A stretch of DNA of 64,000 bases, taken from Lama glama (lineage: Eukaryota). Shown here piece by piece: positions 37,535 to 50,876 of this stretch (the stretch's first letter is position 1; the number at the start of each line of letters is the position of its first letter). Location of the stretch: contig CM052816.1 in NCBI GenBank assembly GCA_028534125.1, forward strand, positions 28,398,001-28,462,000. Direction: 5' to 3'. Below the pieces are notes generated by a model. It was not told the origin of the DNA and made no database searches. It saw only the letters and a list, made by a program, of their open reading frames with translations. The position numbers and the translations under genes are program-made.

Positions 37535-39050
37535 CATACTTTATTCAGGTTTCCATAGTTTTACATCATGTCCCTTTTCTGTTCCAGGATCCCACATTAT
37601 TACATTTGGTCATGTCTCCTTGGGCTGCTTTTGGCTGTGACAGTTTCACTGCCTTTTCTTATTTTTTGATGAACTTGGACAGTTATGAGAAATAATAGGT
37701 GTTATGTAGGATGCTCCACTATTGGTATTTCTCTGGTGTTTTTCACATGACTAGACTATGGTTATAGACTTTGGGGAGAAAAACCACAGAAGTAAAGTGC
37801 CATTTTCATCCTATCTTAGCAATGTGAGTTTCATATACTATCAACACGATTCCTCGGTGCTGATGCTGACTCTGATCACTTGACTGAAATTGTTTTGTCA
37901 GGTGCCTCCACTGTAATGCCACTCTTTTTTTTTTTTTCTTTTTTACCCCCTTTCATACTATACCCTTTGGAAGAAAGTGCCTGTGCACTACCTGCACTTC
38001 AGAAGTTGTAAGTTACTCTCCCATTCCTTGAAGGCACAGGATTTACACAAATTATTTGGAATTATCCTGCATGGGAGGTATGTCTCTTCTCTCCACTTGT
38101 GTATTTAAACATTTATTTATATCAGTATAGACCCATGGAAGTTTATTTTATACTTTCAATTATAACTTAGTACTATTTTCTTTGTGACCCAAATTGTTCT
38201 ACCTTTGGCCATTGGAGTTCTTTCAGTTGGCTCCTGTGCCCTTCAGCAGACCCTTATCAATGTGTGTTTTAGCACTTCCTTTCTTTCTGGCACTACAAGC
38301 TACAGCTAAATATGAGCTCTTATTGATGTCTCCAACTCCAATCCATTACCACATGGATCATTCTAGCTTCCTCCCCTTGCTAATCTGTAAATTCATTGCA
38401 ACAGTGAGAAATCTGGCACCTACCATTCACCATTCACTTACTTAATTACTCAATTCCATTATACATGTGTAGTGGTATCAAAATTAACCTTTATTTCAGT
38501 GGGAAACAGCTGAGTAACCAGCATTCAGTGTGCATGTGCAGTTTCTCTTGACATGAGTCTTAAGAGACTCCTCTCATATCCAAAGCTACTTGATCAGCAC
38601 AATTTACACCTAACCCCTTAAGAGAGGTGGTTTCGTACACTTGTAATACAGTTAGATTCTTATCACATTCTGCATTTCTTCCTGGGATACCCCAACCTCT
38701 TAAATAATTTTTGAATTTGCCCGTATTAAGATTCACTTTGTGCGCCATGAAGTTCTGTGGGTTTTGACAAATGCATGCCATTTGTTGACCATTATAATAT
38801 CATAAAGAATAGCTTTTTATCTAAAAAGAGAAAAACATTACGTTTCACCTATTCAACCCTCCATCCTTCCCTCTGAGCCCCTGACAACTGCTGAAATTTT
38901 TTACAATATCTATATTTTTATCTTTTATAAAATGTTATATAACAGAAATCATATAATATGCACCCTTTTCAGACCTTTTGTTTTCTTATGGTTGGGTTTT
39001 AAGAGTTCTTTATATACTTTGAATACAAATCCTTTGTGAGATAAATATTT
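37535..39050 (-). mobile_element. Old LINE-1 long 3'UTR (L1MC/L1MD-like)
   Basis: gtcccttttctgttccaggatccc..gctgtgacagtttc..accacagaagtaaagtgccatttt..ttggccattggagttctttcagttggctcctgtg..ttctgtgggttttgacaaatgcat. Confidence 0.8.
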
Positions 39051-40529
39051 AGGTAAGACATGGAAGTTGCTCTAAAATTATTGGGGTGCTATGAATTATA
39101 ATGCATATTATAAAGGAAATTTTAAGGAGTGATGCTATCAAAACCAGTGGACAACTCAATCACTGCCTTTTCTGTTTGTATCCAGAAGGATTTTGAAAGG
39201 AAACAGGCACAAAAATAAAAATATAAAGTTAGATCATTATAGAAAAATGCATTTTTAGACTAAGTAAAAACAAAGTTACCATTTTTTGTATATCATTTTT
39301 CACACACTACCACAGAATAAAAATAATTTCTAAATTCCTTGAAGAGATAAGATTAGATAAAGCTGATAAATAATAAAATTAAAGAGCTAATGCACTTGAG
39401 ACATGGAGCACAGAGCTCCTAGTAATGGTAAACTTTGCTACATATTCGCTCTTATTATTTTCACTCACGAAACCAATATTCATATAAAAATACCACAATT
39501 TGAGAATATAAAAAAATAGAAAAATATACATTTCATAATAAGTGTAAACCATTTCTATTATTTTTGTATCAAACTTGATTCCAAATAAGAGCCACTTACT
39601 TCAATACATAATTACAAATACTCAGTTTTAGAAAATTACTAGAGTAATGAACTAATGAAGTTAACAATGAAGGCACCAACAAAGTAGCTACATAAAAACA
39701 TAGTTTTACATTCCAAGTTTATATATAATTACTCCTCCTCTATTTATGTAGTACATCGATGGTTAATGATAAAGTTTTGCTCCAATGCAGCTGTCAAAAG
39801 CTTCATAGAATGATTATGAATATGAAAATTATAGTTTCTTATTTCCTGATTTAAATACAGAGACTAGAGATAGAATTTCAATTTTGTGTAAATGATTCAT
39901 TAAAATTCCTCAAACTCAAAACTGTAAGAGGCTTAGATTTGCAATTAGTTAGAAACCATCAGCTCTCCAAGCCCATGATCTCAATTTATCTGGCTTCATT
40001 CTACAATTACTACTTTATTATTTAATCTTAAATAAGAAGTATCATAACCTTAGATTTCAAGAATATTCATTTCAAAGCAGTTTTTATGACTATTCATATG
40101 ATGATAACCAACAAAATAAATTAAAATGACTAAGTTCTTATTTTTAAGCACTATTATTTATCTTCTGCTATACAGTCAAAGAGAAAAGCTAATGGGTCAC
40201 CCACGGCCAATTTTCTCTATCTGATACATTTTTTAATCGCAATGAACTGTGAGCAAATTGAAATTCAACTGATTTTGCCTTAAATTGGCTAATTAAGTTC
40301 TAGCATTAACAACTTGTCATCAGCTTTTCTAGTTATAAGAAAGAGACTCATAGGTAGAATGCTTTACTTGACAGGGGTTTATCGTAAATTATAAAAGGAA
40401 ATAGTGAAACAGGAAATCAGCTCAACAGAGACAGAGATAGCCCTCAATAACCTCTTATCATGAAGACCAAATTCTTCTGTTTTTGCTTCTTCTTATCTGT
40501 TTTAAAATAAAACTAATGATGATAGTAAT

Positions 40530-40740
40530 ATAAATTCAATAACTAGTATTTATTGAAGATGAATGCTGTGCTATCAGCCTTGTATTATGTCTGCCTTAGA
40601 GCAAGCCAACAACTTCATCTTGCAGAGGAGAAAAGGTAGAGTTAAAGAAATACAGAAACTTGCCAAATTAATATAGCTAAGGAATTCCAGACCCAGGATT
40701 TCAACCCAAGAGTTTATCCTCAGAATATACTCTCTATGCT
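40530..40740 (-). mobile_element. MIR relic
   Basis: aactagtatttattgaa..atcttgcagaggagaaaag..agagttaa..aacttgccaaa..atagctaa..cccaggatttcaaccca. Confidence 0.55.
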
Positions 40741-41029
40741 CTTCTAGTCTCCATTTTCTACAGTGTTGCTCTACACCTCATGGCTGGTGATCGCTGAAGC
40801 AAGAGGTCTTGACTTGTACATTTTGATCCTGCCCTTAGTCTTTTTATCACCAGTGGTAGAGAGTTAGTAATAAATAAGATTAAAGATAAGATATTCCTCT
40901 GCTGAGGAGGAACTCTTTAACCTTTTGCTTACTTTTACTTATATCAGGAAGGCTGAAATATAAGATCATTTCTAAAAATATTTTGGTTAATACATGTAAA
41001 CCTCAAGGAATATCAGAGTGTGCATCATT

Positions 41030-41170
41030 AAGTAACTAAATCACTTTTTCTACCTAAATGGGATTAATAATAGTATATACCTCCTATGATAGTTATGAGA
41101 ATTAAGTGAGATGATGCATGTCAAAGCTTTTGGCAGAGTGGTGGGCATATCGCAGCATCATAGAAATGAT
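41030..41170 (+). mobile_element. MIR relic
   Basis: taaatgggattaataatagtatatacctcctatgatagttatgagaattaagtgagatgatgcatgtcaaagc. Confidence 0.7.
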
Positions 41171-41232
41171 TCCTAGATCTTCATCATCACCTTTGTCATT
41201 ATCACCAATATCATCCTTGTCTGAATCCTGAC

Positions 41233-41703
41233 TGCTGACTGAAATAAAATCACACAATGTCAAGTGTGTGAGTTAAGTTTTATTTAGGGCAAAAGAGGGC
41301 TGTGGCCCTGGAGCTAGCATCTCAGATAGCTTTGAAGAACTGCTCCAAAGAGGTAGTGGGGAAGGTCAGTATTATACGTGATTTTAGTGAAGGGCGGGTG
41401 CCTGTAGTCAAGCACACATGTTGGCAGAGGCTTGACTCGTCACGAGGAGCAGACGTCACTGTTAATGACTTTAGCGCTTTTCTAGATATGAGGAGACGCA
41501 AAAATATGAGCTCATAAACTCTTCTCCTGAAAATATCGAACTATCTGAAGGCCTGTTCTGCCAGTTTTTCCCAGAGCACAGAGTGTCTCATTCCTGATCT
41601 CCACCCTGAACTCCTTTCAGGGAGTGTTGAAGGTCAGTGGCTGCTGCAGCTCGTAATTTAATCCTTGTAGAGGCAGATGGCAAGTGCCAATGTTTAGTTG
41701 GTA
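41233..41703 (-). mobile_element. ERV1-class solo LTR
   Basis: 4-bp TSD tgac (41229-41232 / 41704-41707), TG...TA termini (TA probably from CA), reverse AATAAA near 41280. Confidence 0.8.
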
Positions 41704-43534
41704 TGACCCAAAATTTCAAGCATAATTTTCAATATTATATTAAAAAATCATCACAATGATATAACACTCACTACTCTTTATCTTGTCAAGTTTCTAAGAC
41801 TCTATTATTTAATTAAAATTTTAGTTAAAGTTTATCCCAACGAAGCTAATGCCCTTCTAAAAAGCCTCAGCACTAGCGACATTTTCTTCCTGCTCTTGGC
41901 TCAGTTATGCACCTGTTCTTTTTTCTACTTTGATATTAAAATATTACTTGCAGCATATGAGAGAAATTTTAACCTTCTATGGCTTTAGTTCCAAACACAT
42001 CACTGTTACTGATATTATACTTTCATAGGTAAGTGACTGATTAATTGTCAGATTTAAAGGTCATTCCTTATTTTCTGTGCTCCTGGACTTCTTCAGAGCA
42101 CTTGATTCATTTGATTCATTTTTTTCTTGAACCTCTTGAGTTTAACCAATTCCAAGCCACCCTGCACACAGACTGACCTCTTACTAATCTCTTACAAATT
42201 CTCCTTTTATCACATCACTTCTCTGCTGAAAACCATTACTGTTTTCTCACTTATTTGTGGAAAAAGAAAAAGGTCTTTAGTGTTTCATCCTTCATTCTCC
42301 ACAATCTTATCTTCACTTATCTTTGCCACATTCTCTGAATGAAAGAGACAAAAAGCTGTCTTGTGATCTGATTTTTTAGCTGCACTTTGCCAGTTCTCCC
42401 TCTGAGAGAGAATTTGACACAACTTTGGAACTTCCTCCTTCCCTTTTTCCTTGTTTTCCACCCACTGCTTTCTGCAGACTACTTGGAGCTGAACTCAGTA
42501 TTTCTGTAATGAGTATTTTCACTACTTGGGCTTAGTCTACCTAGAAGAGCCACAAAAAAACAGATGTTTATAACTAAATACTTTTCCTCAAACTTCTGAA
42601 CAAGATATAAGAGAAATAACATATACATGACTGGGTGGCTGAGTCAGTTCCAATCCACTTGTAACACAGTCTAGGAATGTAGAAATTGGTAAGTGTTGGT
42701 CTCATAAATTGGTATCACTTCCCACAGGAAACTTTTAAAGGAAATTCTAGTTTCTGTTTTGTTCTGGATCTCACTAAACTAGTTTGATCTAAGCACAAAC
42801 AAGTCTAGTCAGAGCAAAGATAAATACAGCAAGATGGGAAAATGTTTCTAATGCACAAATGTACAGAACCTCACTGTTCCTCTTAACATTTCAGTCAAAA
42901 CCAAAGCACAGCCATTAAGCAAAATTTTCTGTTATTCAATCTTATTTCCATTCTTTGATCAGCCCCATATTATTTCTACTGTTATCTATTCACTGTATCC
43001 TATCATAGCTTTCCAGATCTTATTTGGAATATATTTATAAATTATTTCACATGAGTGTTATCTTGTCTAATATTTTCCCCAAGTAGGCAGTTCTTGAATA
43101 TGATACACTCTCAAGTTGGAATTGAGTTTCTTTAACATCTCCCTATAATAACAGCATCCCAAATGATAATGACTGTGATCATCAGAACAGTCTTAAAGAA
43201 TTACCATTCATTTCTCTAAATCCATTAAAATATTCTAAGCTTCTTCAGAAAGATTCAGTTCTTCCTAATCTAATACTGAAAAATTTTGCAAGTAAAGGAG
43301 AAATCCTTGAAATATCAAACAAAAAGATAACTGGAGTTAAACTCCATAAAATTCTGAGGAAGCAAATGTAAGTGAATATTCCACAAGTATACTGAATAAA
43401 CATATAAATCAATACCCACCTGGTTAGTTTATATTAATGTCAGATACTAAAGCATTTCACAACTTCCTAAAAAGGGGATGCCCTGTTGGTGACATGAGAT
43501 TAGTAATTTCATATGATTGTTCACTTGACCGTAT

Positions 43535-43711
43535 CTGTTTCTGTTTTTCTTTCCTCCTTCCTCTCTTTCTCCCTCCCTTTCTTTCTTTCTTCCTCCCTCC
43601 CCTTCTTTCTTTCTTCCTCCCTCCCTCCCTTTCTTTCTTTTTTCTTTCTTTTCTTTCTTTCTTTTCTTTCTTTCTTTTTCTTTCTTTCTTTTCTTTCTTT
43701 CTTTCTTTCTT

Positions 43712-43742
<31 letters not shown>

Positions 43743-43903
43743 TTCTTTCTTTTTCTTTCTCTTTCTCTCTTTCTCTTTCTTTCTTTCTCTTTCTTTCTTT
43801 TCTCTCTTTCTTTCTTTCTTTCTTTTCTCTCTCTCTCTTTCTTTCTTTCTTTTCTCTTTTTCTCTTTCTTTCTTTCTTCCTTCCTTCCTTTCTTTCTTTT
43901 TTT
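43535..43903 (+). repeat. ~370-bp polypyrimidine tract (CCTC/CTTT/CT compound microsatellite)
   Basis: Essentially only C and T from ~43544 to 43903. Confidence 0.95.
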
Positions 43904-45339
43904 AAATGCTATCACAAACTTACAAGGTCAGAGAGAAAAAATATGTGTTCATATATGGTGTATTCCAAATCAAGAATATTTTACTTTATTTTCTTACTTT
44001 TATAGATTCTGAGAGGCAAGACTTCTGAAAGTATACCAGTACAGAAAAGAATTTTAAACTGTAAAATTAAAATAATCAAAAAGTCCATCAAATACGGTAA
44101 GAAGTTTAAAGCATAAGTAGCCTTGAATTTTACAGAGTTTGTAACTAGGTTTATATTATATCAGGGTAAATCAGTAACTTGCCTTATTTGATCTTACATT
44201 GAGTTTTGAAAAAATCAAATGGTTGATGCTGAATATATTTTTCCAAGAAGCTCTTTTCATTGCTTAATTTGTTTCAAATTCCCACAAAAATATTTACCTA
44301 AACAAAACCATGCTGCTGAGTGATTTGCTGTATAAAAGTACCAGATTATTCACAACAAAATAAATGTAAAAAGACTGAGACTTTGAATTACATTGATTCA
44401 AATGTATTTTCTCTGAGTTCAAACAAATTCTAATCTTTATTATAACATGGGTTGGGAGGAAGTGATTAGTTAGGTAGGAAAATTTCTTAGTGACCTTTTC
44501 TCAAAAAAAAGTCTATATATATACATATAGAAGAAAATTTGATTTGAAAATTTAACCTTGGAAAATTTCAACATGAAAATGCTCCCTGGTATTTTTCCAC
44601 TATTTATTTCCCACAAGAAAGAATAATCAGAAAAGTTGCATATGCAACTTCTTTCTGTAAACACTTTCTGATGATTCTGCCTATTCTTGCTATTTGAAAA
44701 TAAAATTTCTTAAAAACATAAGTAACTATGTTCCTTGGTATTGATTATTTGCATTACAGATGAAATGGGTGGTATTCTTATCAGCTTTCAGTGCAAAGAT
44801 AGGAAATGCTTAAAGAGAATTTTAGCACATAGGTTGGCAATATAAAATTGATTATATTGACTATAAATTTCTGAATTATTTCATTGCTTCCTTAATTTTT
44901 CTACATCTCAACTGTAATACTTCAAATTCAAGTTCAAATCTTGGGTTAAACTGATTGAAAATAGTTTTTTTAATGTAAAAAAGTTATGGATACAGTGTGG
45001 TTTGAACATTAACAGCAGTATGTTGTATATTCGGACTATTCAGAAGAACATCACAGGTGAGTCTGCTGTTGGGTAAGAAATCTATGCCTTGTGTTTCCAC
45101 TGCTTCAAATGTCAGACAAAAAATGTGTGAGATCTTGTTATAAGTAACAATCAACAATCCAAAAACAAAAAAAAATTAAAAGACCTGCCTTTGGCTTTTC
45201 TATAATCTAGAACTACTGCATAACATGTATTTTAAAGTTCAAGTAACATCAATTTTCCCCACACACATATGGAAAATAATTTATATCATATAACCAGATT
45301 AGTTAATCTCCTAACATAAAAATTTTGATTATAGGCCTA

Positions 45340-46150
45340 TTACAAATAGAGACCCAGAAATTCTCAACAAAATAGTCTTAAACCATATCCAACATTATGT
45401 AACAATGATAATAAATCGTGAACAATGGTGGTATTGGAAACTGAACCCAGGACCTCATGCATGGTAAGCACCTCCCATTGAGCTACTTTCTTCCTCGCCC
45501 ATAAAAATTATTTAGCTCAAAGCTGAAATTAGAATAAAAAGTACAGATTTTCTAAAAATCAAGGATCATTAGAATAATTCATGACAATACTAATAAAGCA
45601 CAGTAAAATTTGTACTCAGCAAAAAATTGATAGCCACATAAAATCTTTTATGATAAATAACAAAAATACATGAATAAAATACTACTTAGGGGAAAAGGCA
45701 ACTAAGTAAACCATAAAGAACTTAAATAAAATGAAGGAAAAGTCTGAGATTAATAAAATCGAAAACCACATGTTTGTGTGCACACACACACACAGAATGT
45801 CTAAATCCAAAGATCGCTTCTTTTAAAATGCTGAAAAACAGAAAGATGTTTAGAAGTTTAAGTTTATAAGATAGACAATAAAACAGCTCACACTTGGAAT
45901 AAGAATGGAAAATTAATTGAAGACGTAGGAGATATTAAAAGAATAGAGACTAGCACATATAATTCTCTGGGCAAAGAAAACAAAAGAAAAAGAAGAAGAA
46001 AGAAAAGCCCTAAGAGAATATATATATATTTCTAATGTGGGGATATATATTGATTGGTCCAATTAACATAGAAAAATTAGAAAGATGATTAAAACGATTA
46101 AAGATTTATCACTACAGGGCACCAAAATAGTGAACAGATTAAGGAGAGAC
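45340..46150 (+). mobile_element. Fragmented ancient L1 ORF2 relics
   Basis: aaattctcaacaaaata..atccaaca; gagattaataaaatcgaaaac..aatccaaagatcgcttctttt. Confidence 0.4.
45427..45500 (-). mobile_element. Vic-1/CHR-type SINE tRNA-head fragment
   Basis: ggtattggaaactgaacccaggacctcatgcatggtaagcac..ccattgagctac is the reverse complement of the head of the SINE at 60087. Confidence 0.7.
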
Positions 46151-48189
46151 TTCAGAAGCCAAGATAATTCAGAGACAATAGGAGAGATACCGATGAGTGA
46201 GATCATGTAACTGAGGAACTAAAACTTCAGCAGTGGTTTCTAGGGAGTATTTCTCTTAAAGGACTAAGCGTGAGTTAGCCAAGCAGAGGACAGACAGAGA
46301 AGATACTAAGGGCATGTTGTCTAAACGAGGCAAACCAGAGTGGATTGTTTCAAATTTCTTATCTGCAGTACATTGTATCTGCACATGTACAATAACCATC
46401 CAGATGACATATTTAAATGCATGAAGACATCTTTATGGATTTGACAGAAGGAGAGATGACAGCTTCCAATTCAGGGAATTCTTCACTATTTGGTCCAGAG
46501 AACCAATTCAATCTCCTCAAAGTAGTAAATTTCGCTTATTTTCCTGAGTGACAGGGTCCCCTGGCCTGCAGTTAAAGTGTGACTGCTCGTTTGCTGAAGC
46601 TGACATTGATAGAGATAATGTCAGATTTCATGAAATTACTCTGTTAGGTCTTTCGATCATTGTCACAGATCCAGCCCAGAACACTGCAGGACACTGGAAC
46701 CAAAGAGAAAACTTCAGATCAATCAGTCTCAAAAGCCTGTACAACAGGTAACTTATGACTAATTCCATAAAACTTCACAATCAGAAGAAAATGTAGCTGA
46801 GATTTTTCAGCCTGTCAATTTTTTTTCTAGTGCCTCTATTTCTGTTATTTTTTTCTATTAAAATAGAGGCAAAGATTTTTCTAAATCAGGAATCACAGGC
46901 AATCTTGACTTAAAGATATTTTAACATTAGTCACTAGAGCTGGGGGAGCTAGTGAGCAGTGTCTATTGTGTTCATCTAAAAGATGAATAAATTCCCACCT
47001 TCTGCAGCTCAAATTCTCCAGAGATTCTGATTAACTTGGATCAAATTGCCAACTTGGCCAGGAGAGGAAAGGATGTTCTATTAACAGTCCCTCTTAGACC
47101 TTACCCAGTGAAGGTAGGTTATTTCCTCAAAGCAAAACTTTATTGCTGTGCAGGTATACGGGGGCCATGCATGCTGGGCAGGGAAAAACAAATATCCATG
47201 CCACACTCTCTCTGATTTCCTGAGATAGAACTGTCCATTCTATTTAAACACAACCAGCATGGGAATCCATGACCTCCCAAGGTAGCCTATTTTATTGTTA
47301 GGCGGATCTGTTTTACATGTCTCTCTTAAATTCAGCAGAATTCTCTTTATTTATAGCTTTCATTCATCTTTCACTTTGAATTCTACTCCACAAAGCTCTT
47401 CAATCAGTAATTTTCCTTCTTCCATATCAAATATTTGAGAGCAATTTCAAACAATTTCAGCCAGTTACTGATCCACCTAGAAGTCCATAGAGTCAATGTA
47501 TATATCTCTTTCTTTTCTGCAGAGAACTTGGGGAAACTCTGTAAAAAGGCCTTGAATCTGTATTTCCCTGACAGTGCCAAAGAAAGGACCTAAAATGGAC
47601 ATGACTTTTTATTTAGAGACTTGTTTTTAGGCTCTAGTGATCAATGCTTTCTCTTCTATTTTTTTTTTTTGTGTGTGTGTTTGTTTCTATAAATCATCCA
47701 TTTAATATTTCCTAGAGCTTTGATGCAAAGGACCTCAAGCAATCGGATGATGATGAGTTTGTGGATTCTATCTTCCATTTAGATGACAGCAGTTAACACC
47801 TGTCCATCATACAGCTTCCAACTTTTGGCCCACTCCCCAGAATCTGTTACTGAGATGTTTACTCAGTACTCTAAGAATGGAATTTTTTAAGCCTAGGAAA
47901 CAAGCACTCTCTTGTAAGTTCTCAGCAACAACAAACTTCAAAAGTCAAAACTAGAAGAAACTTGAAAAACGGGTTCCACATCTTTTATACGTGAAGTGGG
48001 TAATAAAAGTCATTTGTCTCTGTTACTAATTTGGAGCAAAATTCGGTTGTCAAATCATGTTATGTCCTCCACCCAGAATATTTCAAACTCAAGGTCACTG
48101 CCTTATATAGTTACTTTTTCTTGCTTGAACCATTAGAACTGTTTTTTCCTTCCTTAGTTATATTTACATCTATTTACTTAGACACTGAC

Positions 48190-48400
48190 TAGCTTACTAA
48201 TATTAATAGGTAGTATTTATATGTAGCCTTTATTGTGTTCTCGGCATTGTTGTTCACTGTTGACACATAATAACTCATTAATGCTCAGAACAGCAGAGTT
48301 TAAAAGTGGCTTGCCTAATAACACACAGCTAGTTCTGGCAGAGCTAGAACTGAAATCCAGGTGGTTTAACTTTAGATCCTAAATTCATAAATGATACAAA
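48190..48400 (-). mobile_element. MIR relic
   Basis: taataggtagtattta..aactcattaatgctca..ttgcctaataacacacagctagttctggcagagctagaactgaaatccagg. Confidence 0.65.
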
Positions 48401-48799
48401 ATATTGCCTCTGAAATCTCAGCTTTGAGCATAGCACTCAGCTACAGCAAGAATATAATGGGCTACCACATTTACATATATACACATACACAAATATACAT
48501 GCATACACACTCTTTAACCCTGGAAATGCAACACCAATTTTATAACTTCATCTCCAAATTGATACTCTTCCTATCCAACTTTTGTAAGCCTTGTCCAAAA
48601 ATCTCTAATGTACATAACACCACACTTTGCAAGCCTGCTAATAGCATCACCACTTTCTTATAATCTGACCCTTCTCTTAGTCAACCTTACTAGAGTTACT
48701 TTTCAATATACATCTTCCTTTAGGCAGGGGAGTGTTTTTTACTGCTTCCCTCGAGTCCCACACGCTCCTTTCCGATTCTCAACTCTCAACCCCGGGACT

Positions 48800-49110
48800 T
48801 CACTCACATTTCTTGTGTGTTCTTGCCCTTTCTCACTGATGGCCAAGTCCTACCCAACTCTCAAAGCCTATCTTGAGTATAAAAGAATCCATGAATTTTT
48901 AAAAATAAACTCTCTTGCTCCCCTCTAAACCTTTCCACTGTTTTTCATATCTCCATTTCAATTAGCCTTTATTAACTCTAATTCTAAAAGTCTGTGACTG
49001 TACTTTCCTACTTAGATTGCAAGTTAACTGAGGGCAGGAATCATGACACACTTCTCCAACACCTAACACCACGATGAACCAGAAGAAAGTGTCTAGTAGA
49101 TACGTGTGTG
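48800..49110 (+). mobile_element. LINE-2 3' relic
   Basis: tcctacccaactctcaaagcc..ttagattgcaagttaactgagggcaggaatcatg..acctaacac. Confidence 0.55.
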
Positions 49111-50129
49111 TCAGTTCTTCACGTAGACTTTCAAGACCTAAACAGAGGTAAAGCTCAAAACTGCCTTCAGCGGGAGAGTACACCATTTAGTGATCTTTAC
49201 AGTAAAACACTATTAGAATTTAAAAAAACCTCAAAAAACCTTAGGATTTTGTTTTCCAAACCCTACCATGCACTGAAGACTAGCACAGTTTAATTCCCAA
49301 GCATTAGTTTTTCTTCAAGAATTTCAATAATTGGTCAAAAAATTAATTGTTTTCTTATGTAATGTTAACCTTGTATAACTTATAGTCTCCAGGATAAACA
49401 AGACACATATCAGTAAGAGATGTTTTCCATTGTGTTATGATGAGGGATTAGAGGGAGAGATTTTGACAAATAAACAGAAAGCCAATTCAAACTTCTAGAA
49501 TATTTGTCTTCAAATTACTAGGAACTAGATGAGTTAAATGATATTTAAATCGATGTACGTTTTCAAGGTAAATTTGATTGTGTTTATGACAACAGTATGA
49601 AGGATATCATGTGAAACCTTCAAATTTAAATCCTTAAGAATTTTTCTATAAAAATGTGTTTAAGATTGATTTAGCTCTAATGCATAGACATACATATTCT
49701 ATGATGTTTTTAAAGAGAAAAAATGCTCTAAAGAGGTGTATAGTTAAATTTCACTGTTTGCCCTATGTGAGTAAGGCTTTGGCACACTGTTGCCACTTAG
49801 TAGTGATATGCACAACAGAATTACTAGATTTTTTTTAAATAGCGGTAAATAAAAATTATTTAAGCTGTAAAATAATAAAATTAAATTTAAGCAATGCTGA
49901 TAACAAAATATCATTTTCTGATTCCATTTCTATCACTTCCTTTAAATAAAAGCAAATTTTAATTCTGACATTTCTAGATTGCTATGTATTCTCTCATGGT
50001 CCTTAGTTTTCTTTCCCTTGCTTTCTGCCCACCGTCCACAAAACCTTCTTTCTTTCCAATCTTCCCCACACATGTTCTCTTGTACCTCAAGAATTTATCA
50101 CATTTCATTTATCTGACATACTACTTATT

Positions 50130-50425
50130 AGACAAATGGCTCTTGAATTCCCAGATTGGAGTTCAAATATCATTCCCTCATATAACCTTTCCCAGACGCC
50201 CACCTTATATAATATCTTCCAAATGTTTCAGTAAGAACTTGTATTCTTCTCTCATAGCATTATTCAGGTGTAGATTAAATATCTGTGTCTTATTTGATGA
50301 ATGCCTGTTTCTCTCACTATTCCATATTCTCCACAACGGCACACTTTTTAGCTCTCTGTGACAATTGCTGGCATATACCAGACACATATAAAATGTCACA
50401 AGAATGAGTGAATGTATGAAATAAT
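50130..50425 (+). mobile_element. LINE-2 3' relic
   Basis: gttcaaatatcattccctc..ctctcatagcatta..gcctgtttctctcacta..tgctggcata..gaatgagtgaatgtatgaa. Confidence 0.6.
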
Positions 50426-50876
50426 GAATTCTACATGGAAGGGAAAATGGTGGAAGAGAAATATGTGATATTTCAGCATCCATTCTCAAAACTAAGACAC
50501 ATATCCTCATGGGAGATAATCACTCATATTTGGCTCAGGGAGGTTACTATTATTCAATCTTGGCTGTTTTGAAAGTATCAGTGTCACTGCAGTCTAAATA
50601 TGATTGATTAAAAATATGCAGCAGGAAGAAACTTATTTTTCTATTTCAGTATATTGCTCTCTTAGGGCAAACATTATTGGTTGGTACCTGATGATCCCAT
50701 CTATCCTCAAAGCGTAGTCATTCAATAATGTATTTACCAATGGTATCCCACATAGAGATCTGACAGGGTGGGAACCATTTACATTTTCGAATTATTGAAT
50801 AATATGCAGAAAATACATGATGGCTATTGATGATAAATCACTTAACTTTGTATAATTCTAAAAAGGTGTAATTTTT

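Noticed and set aside
43437..44012. Three long ORFs (191, 152 and 130 aa)
   Set aside because: Stop-free read-through of the CT/GA microsatellite; low-complexity F/L/S or K/R/E peptides
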